From positions 124,001 through 188,000 of the forward strand of contig JAVKOQ020000055.1 in NCBI GenBank assembly GCA_031835245.2: a stretch of DNA of 64,000 nucleotides. The letters are read 5' to 3'. Made by a program: the position numbers and the translations under genes. Under the pieces are notes generated by a model. It did not search any database, was not told the DNA's origin, and saw only the letters and a program-made list of their open reading frames with translations. The DNA comes from Balamuthia mandrillaris. Its lineage: Eukaryota. Positions 36,626-50,003 of this stretch are shown piece after piece (the first letter of the stretch is position 1; the number at the start of each line of letters is the position of its first letter).

Positions 36626-38700
36626 TTATACATCGTAGGTGACAACAAAGGAGGTGACGGCGCGTCTGCAAAATGGACACTGTTGAGGACTGCGTCCCTT
36701 CACTTCTTTGCTGCACTCTTGGCACCTTTTTTTTAAAAAGTCAACACACAAAGAAAAAGAGGGAGCAAAAAGAAAGATACGCACAAGAGACGATGACCGC
36801 AGGGAACAATGGCAACGTTGATAGACCGTTCATAACACACTTTACACAAGTTAGCATCCTCGTTGGCCACCTTCAACGCTCTCACGTTCAGCTTCAATTC
36901 CGCCATTTCCTCCTCCCATCTTCTTCTTTCTCTCTCGCGGAGAGCCTCCTCCATTCGCATCAACCGCTGCACCACCCGAAAAGAGCTCTCTCGCATCTTT
37001 TTGACCTCCTCCGCGTTGACGAGGTCCAACATGACTTGTTCGTCTAGAGAGAGGAACCAAGCCATTTGTCCTCTGAGCTTTGATAAGATGGAAGAAGAGG
37101 AAGGAGGAGCAGCGTCGTCATCGTTATAGCTATATAACGCAGAAGAAGAGGAGGAAGGAGGAGCAGCGTCGTCATCTCTATAGTTGTTGTGGATCGTTGC
37201 TGATGAACGTTGCTCTTTTGCTTCCGAAAGAATGGAAAATAGGTCGTATTCGTCATCGACATCATCGTACAAATCTTGTTCAAAGAGTTCGAGATCTTGT
37301 TCTTCTTCTTCTTCGTCAGCTTCCCAGCGCCAATTATCAATGTTATTGTTGTTGTTGCCGTGATGATGATGGCGATTGTTATTAAAGTAAGCTCTTCCTT
37401 CACCTCCACTTTCATGTTGAGAGCTCGGTTCTTGTTCAGATTGTTCTTTCACTCCACCTTCATCCAAGTGGCGTTGAAGGAAAGAAGAGGAGGAGGAAGA
37501 AGAATATAATGGCGATGATGCGGAAGAAGACCCAGCAACAGTAGCCCCTCTTTGGCTCCTCTTCTTCTTCCTCCTCCTTCTCGTTCCATCATCTGTAGTC
37601 ATCACCATTGCATTGTTCGCGTGGGTTGAAGTAGATGAAGAAGCGACGTTGTTCAATACTTCTTCTCTATGATCCTCTTCTGCTTCTCTGCTGGCTCTTA
37701 TTCCTCTTGTTCTCTGCGTATGGTCACGAGCATGGTGACGAGAATGGTGAACATGTTGTGGAGGATGGTTATGTAAATGTTGCGAAGAGGACGCAGAGGC
37801 AGAAGAAGGAGGAGATAAAGTTTGACGATGAAGACGAAGTCGTTCTCGCATTTGGTCCCATTGCAACTTTTGGTGGAGGTCATGGCGATTGGCGTATCTC
37901 ACCGCATCGTCGTATTCCTTTTGTTTCTCGTGTTGGTCCATTGGAATGCCATCCACCTCGTTCTCTTCCATCTCCCAGCTTTGCCTAGGAAAGTGAAGTC
38001 GTTGATGGTGAGAATGATTGCTGTTCATAGTGCTGTGGTTGCTGTGGTTGTTATTTACATTTGTTTGAGTGGAAGAGGAAGCAGGAGAGAATGTGGTGCT
38101 GTTGGTTGGAGCAGAAGAAGCAGTCGCAGATAAAGGAGGGAAGGAAGAAGACGCAGCAGATAAAGGAGGAAAGGAAGACGATGCTTGAGCGGACGTTGCT
38201 GTGGTATCTTCTCTCTCAGAGTCAGTTGTGGTTGCTGCTTGACGAGCATGCCTGAACCACGGGTTCACAGCGGCAACAGAAGAAGAGGAAGAAGAAGCAG
38301 AAGCCGTTCGTTGCTGCTGCAGCTGTTGGGCTCTGAGCTTAGCCAGTTGTTGCTGTTGCTCTCGTTTACGTTGCTCTCTTCTCCTCATTCTTTCATCACT
38401 CTCCTCAGCGCTATGACCTGCCGCTTCAGCAGAGGAAGAGGAGGCGGAAGGAGGGGAGGATCCAGCCTCACCGCTCGCCTTGCGTCTTCCAAAGATGACT
38501 GGCTCGCTGTGCAGGCGATGGAGCTCCTGCTCCCAGAACGTATCGAGCTTGTTTTTAGCGCCCTTTCTTCCCCTGTTTGTGGTTTTTATGTCGTCGTTGT
38601 TATGATAAAACGTACCAAAAGAAAAAAGAAGAAGAGGAAGAGGAGAAGGAGAAAGAGAAAGAAAAAAAAAAGCGGGTCTTCTTTTTCTTTTCAGCAACAT
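36626..38700 (-). CDS. RING-HC (C3HC4, IAP/MGRN-type) domain protein with long low-complexity N-terminus; start uncertain
   Basis: Spliced C-terminus CKVCYERSINVAIVPCGHRLLCQECS..CPFCRRAV, preceded by a coiled coil. Confidence 0.85.
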
Positions 38701-39369
38701 TTAATGTTATGTTTCGCTGACCTTTCTTTCTACTTTAGTTGGAAAGCTGAAAGAAGAAGAAGAAGAAGAAGAAGAAGAAGAAACAGCAAGAAATAGAACA
38801 AAAAGCACAAAGAAAAAAGAACAAAAGAGCAAGAAAAAAAAGAGAGAGAGAGAGGTATCGAGAAGAGAGGAGGCGCATGTTTAACAAAAACGAACATCAG
38901 TGTTACTAGTGATCGCTTGGTCGGCCCCGGTAAAACCTACACTCGGTTTGCAGGTTGAAGAGAGAGAGATGTTTGTGTTTTGCGCAGCTAAGGGGAAAGT
39001 GCCGGGGTTCAGTTTGGCTAAACAAACAAACTCTGGTTAGAGTTTTTTCATTCAGTTATTTCAACAAAACGTGATCATCGTTTCACTTCGTTTTGATCTG
39101 CGAATGAAACGTTTTGATTTTCGATTGGTGATTTTCTCCGATCTGGATGACGATCCGATACCTGCTCTTTTTTGTCGACGCAGTCTGCAAGTAAGGTGAA
39201 AAGATCATAAGATCAAAGGACAAAAACAAAAAAAGGAAATTAAATTGTGTCGACGGTATAATGCGATTATCGCTGGATTTTCCCACAATAATCGGCATAT
39301 TTTTGGCAATAAATTGTCTCCACTTCTCTCTGCAGGTCAAAGAGAGAAAGAATAAAACCGGATGCCTCG

Positions 39370-39408
<39 letters not shown>

Positions 39409-39445
39409 CCTCTCTTCTCTCTCTCTTCTCTCCTCCATTACCTCC

Positions 39446-39752
39446 TCATAATCGTGCTTTGCTGTTGCTGTGGTTGTCTGCAAGGTTAGGTTGGGGGCGG
39501 GGGGCTGTTTTGGGCCAATAGTCCCTCCCACCACGAACGGTCACCCTCATGATAGCGCCAGAGCGTTGGCGAGGCAGCAGGGCCAGCTCCAGCATGCCCA
39601 CCGCCACCTCCTCCACGGGCAGCATGCCCCCCACCAGCGCTGACATGGCCTCCATCATCTGCTCCCCGTGTCGCTCCACCAATGGCGTAAGCGTGAAGGA
39701 TGGGCTTTTTGGTCATTCGCAAACCAACAGTAAGCAACCTTCAACACTGGTT

Positions 39753-39795
<43 letters not shown>

Positions 39796-40397
39796 CAGAT
39801 GGCGTGTATGGCGATGTTGTCAGCGATGGCCAGCTCGGCAAGAGAGCGCGTAAAGTTGACAACGCCGGCCTTGGTGGCAGCGTAGACGGGGTCGTGCGGC
39901 ATTGGCACGAGGCCGCTCATGGAGGCGGTGTTGATGATGACACCGCCTTTGTTCTGGTGCACTGCCCCTGGGCGGTCCTTCTTCATCTCCAGCCACGCCT
40001 GCTGCGTGCCCTCCACCACGGCCGTGAAGTTGATGTCGATGAGGCGACGCCAGGCCTCGCGGCTGATCCCACCAGGGAAAATCTGGCCGGGCAGGCTGAT
40101 GCCAGCGTTGTTGCACATGATGTCGAAGCCGTCAAACTCCCGAACGGCGGCTTGGATGGCCTCCGTGAGGTGCGAGGCCTCCCGCACGTCGCAGTACACG
40201 AAGAAAGCGCGCTTGGCGCTGAACGTGTCGTTGATTTGTCGGGAGAGGGCTTTGCCAGCGGCCATGTCCACGTCCGCAATGACCACGCTGGCCCCTTCCT
40301 TGGTGAACAACAGGGCAGTGGCTTTGCCGATCCCAGAGGCTCCCCCCGTGATGACGGCCACCTTGCCCTTCAGCCTCTCTGCCTCTCCTTTCTCCAT
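39446..40397 (-). CDS. Short-chain dehydrogenase/reductase (15-hydroxyprostaglandin dehydrogenase-like) with PTS1-like C-terminus, 2 exons
   Basis: ITGGASGIG, NNAG, INTASMSG and YAATK; ends ..SKARL*. Confidence 0.93.
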
Positions 40398-40510
40398 GGT
40401 GAGCGCTTCTTTCTTCTTTTGTGTAACCGATCAATCTCTGTCGAATGGAAAATCAAAACACCTCTTTCACGATCATAATGTCGACAAAAACTTCTTAACC
40501 CGCCGTCGCC

Positions 40511-40627
40511 CCAACGCGCAATGGTCTGGTTTGGGAATAGTCCTTGTCGACATAATTATTCCCGCTAATAGTTGCAGGGAAGCGCAGGGACCATTTTGCT
40601 GCCCTTTGTTTCCCTTGCCATTTCTTT
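40511..40627. ncRNA. Conserved structured intergenic element, copy A (putative ncRNA or promoter module)
   Basis: Shares several 8-16 nt identical blocks in the same order with 62824-62941; contains stem-loops. Confidence 0.4.
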
Positions 40628-40763
40628 CCAACAAAAAGTGTCAAGACCCAGATTCGAACCAGCAGGCTGCTGATCGATTGCTCTCCAATAAATAAAAATA
40701 TTTCACGTTTCATTCATTCTTTTCTATTTTTTTTGTTTGGAAAGAGAAAAGCAACATAACAGG

Positions 40764-43700
40764 ATGAAAGAACAACGTAGCGGAAGGGCAGAAGAGCCAT
40801 CACAACCACCACCGCCACGACTGGCACCACCACCACCAGACGACGCAGAAGTAGAAGCAGAAGAAGCGATGGAGGAGGAAGAGGAGGACTCGCCCCAACG
40901 TGGCTCCAGAGGGGAGGAGAGTTACCGCCTCCTCACCCGCTCGAGCGGTCCGCTGCGTAGCGGCCAGAGGGACGACGACGACCACTACCACCACCGCAGC
41001 GATCACAGCGCTCAACCCCATTCTCGCTCCTTGCCTTCTCTCGCCCTCAGCCAAGAAGAGGATGAACCGCAGCCACACCAACAACAAGAGGAGGAACCAA
41101 AGCTTCCACCGCCACCACAAAGAGGGCGCGCCCATACCATCGGCCAAGAAACTTCGTCTTCTTCTTCTCCTCGTGAGGTTCGTTGGAGCGCTCCTCCTGT
41201 TGCTGTTCTTTCTTCATCCACTTCTTCAGTCGGAAAAAATCTTGGTAGAGGAGGAGGAGCCACAAAAAGCCAGCGAACTAGCCACATGAATCGAAGCCGC
41301 TCCGTTCAGGTGCTGCGCAGCGGCGGCAGCTCCCTCTCTGCCTCTCCCTCCTCTGCTGCCTCTCTCTCTTTTCCCACGCTGCCGCCCTCCAAAAGGCGGT
41401 CTCTGCTCCTGGCTTCCTCTTCCTCCTCTTCCGCTTCTTCTTCTGCCTCTTCTTCCGCTTCCTCCACGGTCACTTCCTCTCGTGACTATACCACCTCTTC
41501 TTCCTATGCTTCTTTGCCCTCCACTCCCACAAATGGGCTTGTGGATGAATCTTCCTCTGCTTCGTCTTCCTCTTCTTCCTCCTCGAGGTATTATCGTGGT
41601 CCTCCTTCTCGTCATCATCACCGTCGTCGTCGCCGACGTAGGCGTTATCAGTTTGAGGAAGGAGACGAAGAAGAGGATGAAGAGGAGGAGAATGATAGTT
41701 CGTATCCCCGTAGAAATGCTTCTACGACCTATACCTTTAGCGGAAGTGATGAGAGCGACCAACCGCGGAAGTGGATACGGTATCTTTCTTGCTTATTGTT
41801 TATTTGCTCTTCTTTTTTTTCTTTCCTTTTCTCTTTTCTCTTCTCACTTTCCTCTTTTCTCTTTTCTCTTTCTCTATTCTCTTATTTGTCCCTTTCTCAT
41901 TCTTTCTTGTTATCTTTGCAGGTTATTGCTCTCGATAGGCAATTTTATCTCGTTGTTGAGTTATCTATTCTGTCTTTACATGTTCCTTATAGTCTTTGTG
42001 ACGTGTATAGCGTTTACCATCAACTTTGTGTTGCAGCTCATCTTTGCTGTCGTTGTCGAGAACTCATCTCATCACCGCCTTTCCTCTGAGAACCGATCTT
42101 CCGTGGAACGCAACCTCATTTCTGGTACTCCTTTATGAAACAATATCTCTACTTCGCTCGTCTTCTCTTCTTTCACTTACTCAATCTTGATGCTCTTCAC
42201 AGCATCGTTGGTGACGGTGGGAGTATACGCTGTGATGGTATTGCCTATCCTTCTCTACGAGGTCTATCACTTTGCAAAGGACTCATGGACCTTAAAAGCC
42301 CAATACCAAGAGTTTGGCAATCGCATTCTTTACACTGGTCTCCCTCAACGGGTATTATATCTCTCTGTTGCTCTCCCTCTCTCTCTCCCTCTCATGTTTA
42401 TTTTTGCCTGACAAAAGAACTGATGTTTTAAATTTGTAGGTACTAAAACGGTGGTATGGCTTTGAGGCGGTTCTTAGATCGACGCGCACCAGTCATAAAC
42501 GGCGTCACTTTTTCCTTCGTTGCTTTGTCATTATTCCATCCTTCCTCGCTGCCATCGCCATATGCGTTGCTGATTCTGGTATCTTCTTTTCTTTTTCTAT
42601 TTCTTTTTCTTTTCTTTTTCTGTTCCTTTTTCTTTTTCTTTCTTTTTCTTTTTCTTCTTCTTGACGTTTCTTTCTTTCTTTATTTTTTTTCTTGCTATTC
42701 TAACCCTTCATCTTTTTATTTTCTTTCAAAAGGAGGTCTATCCGTGTTTCCATCATGGTTTCTGTGTATATCCTTCGCGATGGTTCTTTTGCTCGCTGCA
42801 TTTTGGTTGTTGGTCGGTTACTATCGTTTTTTGTTGGAAGAAAGCGAGTACTATCTCTGGATTCGCACCAAATGGGAAAGCTGCAAATACTCTCAATTAG
42901 TTTCATTATCAACATCTAACGGAAGCAGCGGAGAAGGAATGATAGAAGAGAAAGAAAGTGAAATAGCAAAAACAGTGGAAGAAGGAAGAAGCCCTTTCTC
43001 TCAAAACGAAGCACTAGAGGAAGAAGGCAATGAAGGAGAAGAAGAAGACGAGGATTACTCTCACTTGGGGGATGAAGAACGAGAAGAACTATTAAAACGT
43101 CAACGCCTTCGAAGAGAACTTCAAAGAGGACTTATTACTATCCGACAGCAACAGATACAACAACAACAAGAAACACCATCTTCTGCTCCATTTTTCGACA
43201 AGAAAGAAGAGAGAGACGAACGAGAACAAGTACAGGCAAGAACAGGAGATCCACCAGAAGGTTTTGTGGCCAACTCGATGAGCTATGTTGTTGCGTATCG
43301 CGCTCTTTTGCTGGTGCTCGCTCTCCTCACTCCTTTGGCGTACCATATGGCCATTTGGGAGTATCACGTCAAAGGAAAGAAACCGCTTTCTCCTCTTCGC
43401 AGCTGCACTTCTTCTCCATCTTCAGCTTTATCCTCTTTGTCTTCTTCTTTCACTTCTTCTCTGCGTCATTCTCTCAACTGTTCTGACCCAACCGTTCAAC
43501 AAAACACATCGACGAAAGAAGACGAAGAGAAGAAGGAACAGAACAAGAATGCCAAGTATTATTTGTTGATAGTTTGGCGCATAGCGATGAGAATCTTTTG
43601 GCTGACATTATGGCTCGTCTTGCCGATGAGTCTCTTTGCAGTGATTGTCTTCTTCGTTTTGGTTTCGGTGGAGGCCGGTCTTCACGCCTTCTTCTTCTTC

Positions 43701-44604
43701 ATGTTGACTTATCCGGTTTTGGCGGTGGTCATACGAAAGCTGTGGAGCCCGAGAAGGGGCATGCTTTGGCCTCTCTTCGTCTTTCTCTTCCTTCTCATTG
43801 TCTTTGTCTTTGGATTTGCTTTTCTTATGGGAGTCGTAACGCAGCATGCAACTACCACTCAATCTTCTCCCGTTTTTCTTCATCCTCCTTCTTCTCCTAT
43901 CGCTTCCTCAACGCATACGATCATCGAGTATCAACTGTGTAACGCGAATTGGTTTGGATTGGACATCATTGACTTTGGATTGTTTTCGTGGTTGGCTTAT
44001 TATGAACCGAGCAGTAGCGAGTTTCAGCAGAACTTTGAGCGGTGGTTCGGGGATGAGGATTGGGAAGTGGCTTACTCCTCTCCGCCCACCAATCCTGTCA
44101 CCTTCTTCGATGCTTACTCTGCTTCTCGCAATCTCTCTGTTGTGGTAACTTTCTTCTTCTTCTTCTTCTTCTTGTTCTTGTTCTTCTTCTTGTTCTTGTT
44201 CTTCTTCTTCTTCTTGTTCTTCTTCTTCTTGTTCTTCTTCTTCTTGTTCTTCTTCTTCTTGTTCTTCTTCTTCTTCTTCTTCTTCTTCTTCTTTTCTTCT
44301 TCTTCTTCTTCTTCTTCTTCTTCTTCTTCTTCATTTCTTGTTCTTCTTCTTTCTCTCTTCTCTCTTCTCTCTTCTCTTCTCATTCAATTCTTTTTGTTTT
44401 CGTTAAATCATTTTGCTGCTTTATTTCAGAGTGTAAGAGGCACAACAACGTTGGTGGATACGTTTGAGGATATGAGCCTTTGGGCAGAGGCCATTCAGCT
44501 GCAAACCATTTCCTTGGTCTTTCCGTTTGTTTACGTTTGGCCTGACTCCACCATTGCTCTTCTTGTTCAGGTCAACATCTCTCTCCTGCACTCTTTTCCC
44601 CCTC

Positions 44605-44664
<60 letters not shown>

Positions 44665-44908
44665 CTCCTCATCTCTCCTTTTCTGTTGTATAAACAGGTC
44701 ATGGCATACGTGGAAAAGATAATACTGCCACCCCAAGGGGAGGACTTTACCTACTTTGAAGAGGTTAACCATTACGTACGTTCCATCAAGCACCAGCGCA
44801 ACGTGCTGCTCTCAGGGCACAGCCTCGGCGGCTCCGTCGCCAAAGTGGTTGGCGCCACTCAAAGGCGCCCTGCCATCACCTACAACGCTCCCGGTAATCT
44901 CCCTCTTG

Positions 44909-44942
<34 letters not shown>

Positions 44943-45219
44943 TCTCCTCTCGTCTCACCATCACGACAAACCAGGAACGGTGTACAGTCGTCGCAAGTTT
45001 GGGATCGAGCTGGTGGACATCAACAAGTTCTCCGTGACTGTGCGCCCTCTCTCCGACCTCATTTCGAGGATCGACCGAGCGGGCGGCGTCACGCAGGACG
45101 TTCGCTGCCGCAACACCAACTTTGCCTTCCTGGACTGCCACCTGTTGGATAACGTGATGTGCCCGTTGATAGCGGGTGGATGTGGTCGGCGTGCCGTCTC
45201 TCCCATTGACTGCCAGTGA
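40764..45219 (+). CDS. Multi-pass membrane protein with C-terminal class 3 lipase domain
   Basis: Several hydrophobic helices, then spliced VVSVRGT, LLSGHSLGG, AITYNAPG, DLISRID and CH. Confidence 0.88.
44150..44335. repeat. (TTC/TTG)n microsatellite in intron
   Basis: Directly visible. Confidence 0.95.
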
Positions 45220-45530
45220 TTCGTTTCTTCTTGCTCTTCCCTGTTGATACAAAAAAACTTATTTATTGTTGTCTTTATTTATTTTTTCCTATCATCGTTC
45301 TTGTTTTTCTTTCTTTCTTGTCGTTTCTTTCTTTCATTCTTTCTTTCTTTCTTTCTTTCTTGTCGTTTCTTTCTTGTCGTTTCTTTCTTTCTTTCTTTCT
45401 TCAAATGTTTTTGGAGGACACGGGCGAGGATAAGAGATACTCGCTTTTTAATATGGAATGGACATGAGATTTCCAAATAAATCCGGGACGACACGAAAAA
45501 AAGATAGAAACAAAAAAAAAAAGAGATGAA

Positions 45531-46025
45531 ATGAAGGTGTACGTGCACTACGAACCACAAGGGACGGAGGAGGGCTCGCTGGACCACACCCTTGTGCTCC
45601 AGTTGTCCGACGAGGAGGACCCTACGACCGTCCTTCTGCTCAAACAGGTTTCCTTTTTTTTTAAAAAAATAATTGATTTGGTGTCGCAAATATTTGTTGA
45701 TTAACTTTGTTGAACAACATGTATTTTTAGCGGTTCGTGCAAGCGTACAACAAGAAACATGGTCACGCCAAGACCCTGCTTCCTGACAACGTCGACGTTG
45801 TCACCGAAGAAAAACGGTGCGTGCATCCCGCTCTCCTCTTTGTTTCTTTCTCCTCTTTGTTCTCTGTTCTCTGTCTCTCTGTCTCTGTCTCTGTCTCTGT
45901 CTCTGTCTCTGTCTCTGTCTCTGTCTCTGTCTCTGTCTCTGTCTCTGTCTCTGTCTCTGTCTCTGTCTCTGTCTCTGTCTCTGTCTCTGTCTCTGTCTCT
46001 GTCTCTGTCTCTGTCTCTGTCTCTG

Positions 46026-46078
<53 letters not shown>

Positions 46079-47164
46079 CTCACGTACTCTTTGCAAAAAT
46101 AAAAGAAGTCGTCCACTTCGCGATCAAGCCAGAGTAGCGACGTTACTCAGCGACAAGGCAGATGTGTTTATCGTCGAGCGAACCGCGAACGTTTCTTCGT
46201 CTTCGTCTTCGTCTTCTGCTTCGCCCACAGCGACGCTTCCTTCGCTGACGATGCGGCCGACGAACCTGCAACAAATGCAACCGGAGGTGTCCACCGCTGA
46301 AGCTGCTGCAGCCTCCAGAGAAGCAGCTCGTCAGTTCATGAAAGCTCAAAACTACCCGAGTGCTCTTCAAAAGGTGCCTCTCCTCCGCTTCTCTGCTTCT
46401 CTCTCTCTCCTCTTGCTAGTAAGCCTATTGCTTCTCTGCCTCCTCTTATCGACTCCTTTCTGTGTTCTTTCGCTTCTTCGTTTCTCTGCTTCTCTCTTCA
46501 TGACTGACTAGAAGCTGGTAATGATACTACCAATAATGGTTGATAGTACACTGAAGCCATCCATTTTGACAGCGGAAACGCCAACTACCATTGCGATCGG
46601 AGCAAAGCGTTCCTCAAAGCAAACATGTTTCATGGTATGCTTTAAAGTCGCTTTTCGTTTACTTCCTTTCTCTAACTACGGATGGCGAATGCAGAGGCGA
46701 TAGAAGATGCGGAGCAAGCTTTGAAGCTGAACTCTTCCTTACCCGAAGCTTACTTTCGAAAAGCGTATGTAAACTACAAACACGAATACCTTCTTTTCGG
46801 TGTTATTAAACTTTCTTTGCTCTTCTATCTACTTCTTATAATATGAATAGTTGTGCTTATGCCATGTTGGAAGACTATGAAAGTGCTTCTCAACTATTTC
46901 AACAAGCTGCTTCTTTTCCTGAGCTTGACGAAACCACCAAAAAGAGTCAGACTAACTTCTTTTCAACTTTCTTCTGAGTAGTTTCATTTACTTACGTTTA
47001 GGTTTACAAATTCTAGAATATGAAAAGAAAATGACGGAATCTCAGAAACGACAAGCAGACAAGCAGCAAGGTGTTCAAGCAAATGCCAGCAAGAACACTT
47101 CTTCTATTTCAGACGATTCTGAGACAAAGCCTCTCGATGAAGCCACTGCCAACAATCCGCAGGT

Positions 47165-47203
<39 letters not shown>

Positions 47204-47369
47204 CTTCCCTCTCTATCCAGTTATATTTTTAACTCATTTAAACTAAAAAGGTGGTACAGTATATCATGGCCTATTTAGCTGAAGCAGAGAAAGCTCGTCA
47301 TCAGTCGAACTTCAAGGTGTTTATTGCTCCTGTTCATTCATGTTGATATTTAATGGATATCATATTCAC

Positions 47370-47409
<40 letters not shown>

Positions 47410-50003
47410 AGTACGCTGTCGCAATATATGAAAAGGTTTTAGGCCTACTTCCCAAGCAATCGATCTGCCTATATCAACTAGGTTGGTTATTTCTCTTTAT
47501 TGTTTCCTCTCTTTGGTTATTTCTTTGTCAAATAACGCAACAAAAAAACAGGAAACATTTGGTTGAGTGCTGGAAAGGTAGACAAAGCAATTACTTATTT
47601 GAAACAAGGTGTTGCTGCTCATCCCACCAGTGTTGAGTTTCATCAAAAGTAAGCCTTCTTCTTCTTCTTCATCTGCTTTCCCATTGTCGTCCTACCACTT
47701 AATGCCAACATTTATTAGGTTGGGAGAAGCATATTTCGCTCGAGACGACTACAAACTTGCTCTCCAATCTTTTTCCAATGCGTTGACCCTCGCTCTTTCT
47801 GCTGCCTCCTCTTCTGCTGCATCTTCATCTGCTTCCGTTGCTGATGCCAACAAACAGCAACAAGATGGACTCAAAGTGTGGATCAGCAAATGTCTTTTTG
47901 CGAACGGACAACAGCAATCTGCTGCACAAATATTGATGGTACCCTGCTTCTTTGCTTCAATGTATTGTTCATTTTTAACCGAACAAAAAGGAAATGTTGA
48001 AAGAGAATGAAGATAACGATGCAGCATTGACGGAATACGGCAAGGTATTGGTGGCAGCAGGCAAACCCGTTGATGCTCTTCATGTCTTTCTTCGCGTTCT
48101 TGTTCATTTACCCAGTAATTTTTTTTCTTCTCCGTTCTGTACATGATGTTCTTTTTTTCTGAAGTTTTTTTTTTCGTTTTCATGCTACAAAAGATGATAA
48201 AACGGTGAGAGCAGAGCTAGGAAAATTGGCCAAGAAGGAAGGTGCTGAAATGCTGCTATTGGAAGTTGGCCAAGTCAAATCAGCCACTGCTTTTGCGTTT
48301 TTGGCCTCCATTATCAAAGAACATGGCGGTACGTGAGCAGATTCTTCTTCCTCCTTTTTTTCCTTGCTTCTTTTGTGACTCAACCGAACAAAACAGCTGT
48401 CGAAGAGAGCGTGGAACTCTACAAGGCAGCACATGATCTTGAGCCTTCTTCTCCAACATTCGCTCTGAACTTGGTACACGTGTTGGAAGTGTGCAACCGT
48501 TATGATGACGCCTATCTCCTCATCAAAGATTTTCTTCGAAGAAACAAAGACCTGACTTTGGTTTCTGATGACAGCCATCAACTTTCCTGCGAACAAGTGT
48601 TGAACGTATTGGAAGGGGTGGATAGCATCACTGACTATTTCGACCAACAGAAAAAGAAGGGCAAGCAGGAGAAAGAGAAGGAAGGAAAGGCGGAGCAACA
48701 AAAGAAAGAGGAGAAAGGCAAAGAGAAAGAGAGTGAAGCAAGTACATCATCTTCGTCTTCTTCGACATCTTCGACTTTGAGAGAATATACCCCAGATGAA
48801 CTTGATTTAGTGGCGATGTATTGTACCCTTTGCAAGATGATATATGTCGTTGGAGCTGTTGAGATGCTGCCTCCTCTTATCGCTCTCATTGATACTTCTT
48901 TGCTCTACAAATCGATTCTTTATTCATTCTCATTTACGTTTCTCATCTTGCACAAACATAAACAGACAGTATTAGAGGAGACAGAGAGTTCCACAAGACC
49001 ACCATTCGCAATGAACATGCTTACTATGGATGCGTGTCTCAGCTGTTAGCTTACAGATCAACACTTTCTCTTCCTGATTACAAGCCATTCTATGTTGCTG
49101 GTGATAGTCATTGTCTCGCTCCCGCTTGGCATACCATCAATTTTAATGTGTGTACTTCTTCTGTCGTTTTCATTGGAAGTTAACATGAAAACACGCAAAT
49201 AACAGGGACAACCTCGATTGTTACAGCCGATGTTAGTTACTGGAATGAAGATGTGGCATTTGAGACCCGATAGTGTATTCTTTCCCAAATACAATTTCTT
49301 CAACGTCGTTTCTACCAGTACGCCTTTTTCACTTTCTCTATCATTTTCAACTCCTTTCTTTCTTATCGTTTCTATTTTCTTTCTGTCCAATTCTCATTCA
49401 TTCTTCTTTGATAGTTCCTCCAAAATCGGACGTTCTCTTCTTGTTTGGAGAGATCGACTGCAGAGAAGGTTTAGTGGTCTCAGTAGACAAGTGTCGCTAT
49501 CAAAGCATCGAGGAGGGAGCCGATGTGACCATACAGGTCTTCATCAACGTTCTCAAGGACTTGCGAAAGCGATATCAGTGGAACATTTACATTCATCCGG
49601 TTGTTCCTGTTCTCAACGAAACCAGGTTTTTTATTTCTTTTAGTTTTATGTTCTTGCTATCTTTTCTCTCTTCGCTTCTTCTCTTTCTCTTTCTCTCCTC
49701 CCTCTCTATTCTTCTCTCTCTCTCTTCTCTCTCTCTCTCTTCTCTCTCTTTCTTTTAACTGACATCTGAAACCAAACAACAAGGCACATTGTTAAGACGT
49801 ACAACAAAGTGTTACGCAAAAAAGTGGAGGCCACCACCGGTTTGCACTGGTTGGACTTTTTCGACCAGTTGCTGGACGACTCCTCCACTGGCTTCAACAA
49901 ACGTTACGAGCTGGACGGCACTCACCTGAACTCCACCTACGTTCCCCTCATCGAAGCAGCGCTCAACTCACTTTCTTCCTCATCAAACCACTCAAAAACA
50001 TAG
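45531..50003 (+). CDS. TPR-repeat protein with C-terminal SGNH/GDSL-like hydrolase domain, multi-exon
   Basis: TPR helices (YTEAIHFD..YHCDRSKAF..AIEDAEQALKLN; RLGEAYF..ALQSFSNAL); GDSH at ~49100, FGEIDCREG, and DGTH at ~49914. Confidence 0.82.
45870..46075. repeat. (GTCTCT)n hexanucleotide then (CT)n microsatellite in intron
   Basis: Directly visible. Confidence 0.95.

Noticed and set aside
37094..37177. Short internal duplication encoding DDDAAPPSSSS twice in the RING gene
   Set aside because: In-frame duplication within a low-complexity region; unremarkable.
39549..40695. Long antisense ORFs over the SDR gene, and similar ones over the DDAH and BTB genes
   Set aside because: Expected shadow ORFs of GC-rich coding sequence; no recognisable motifs.
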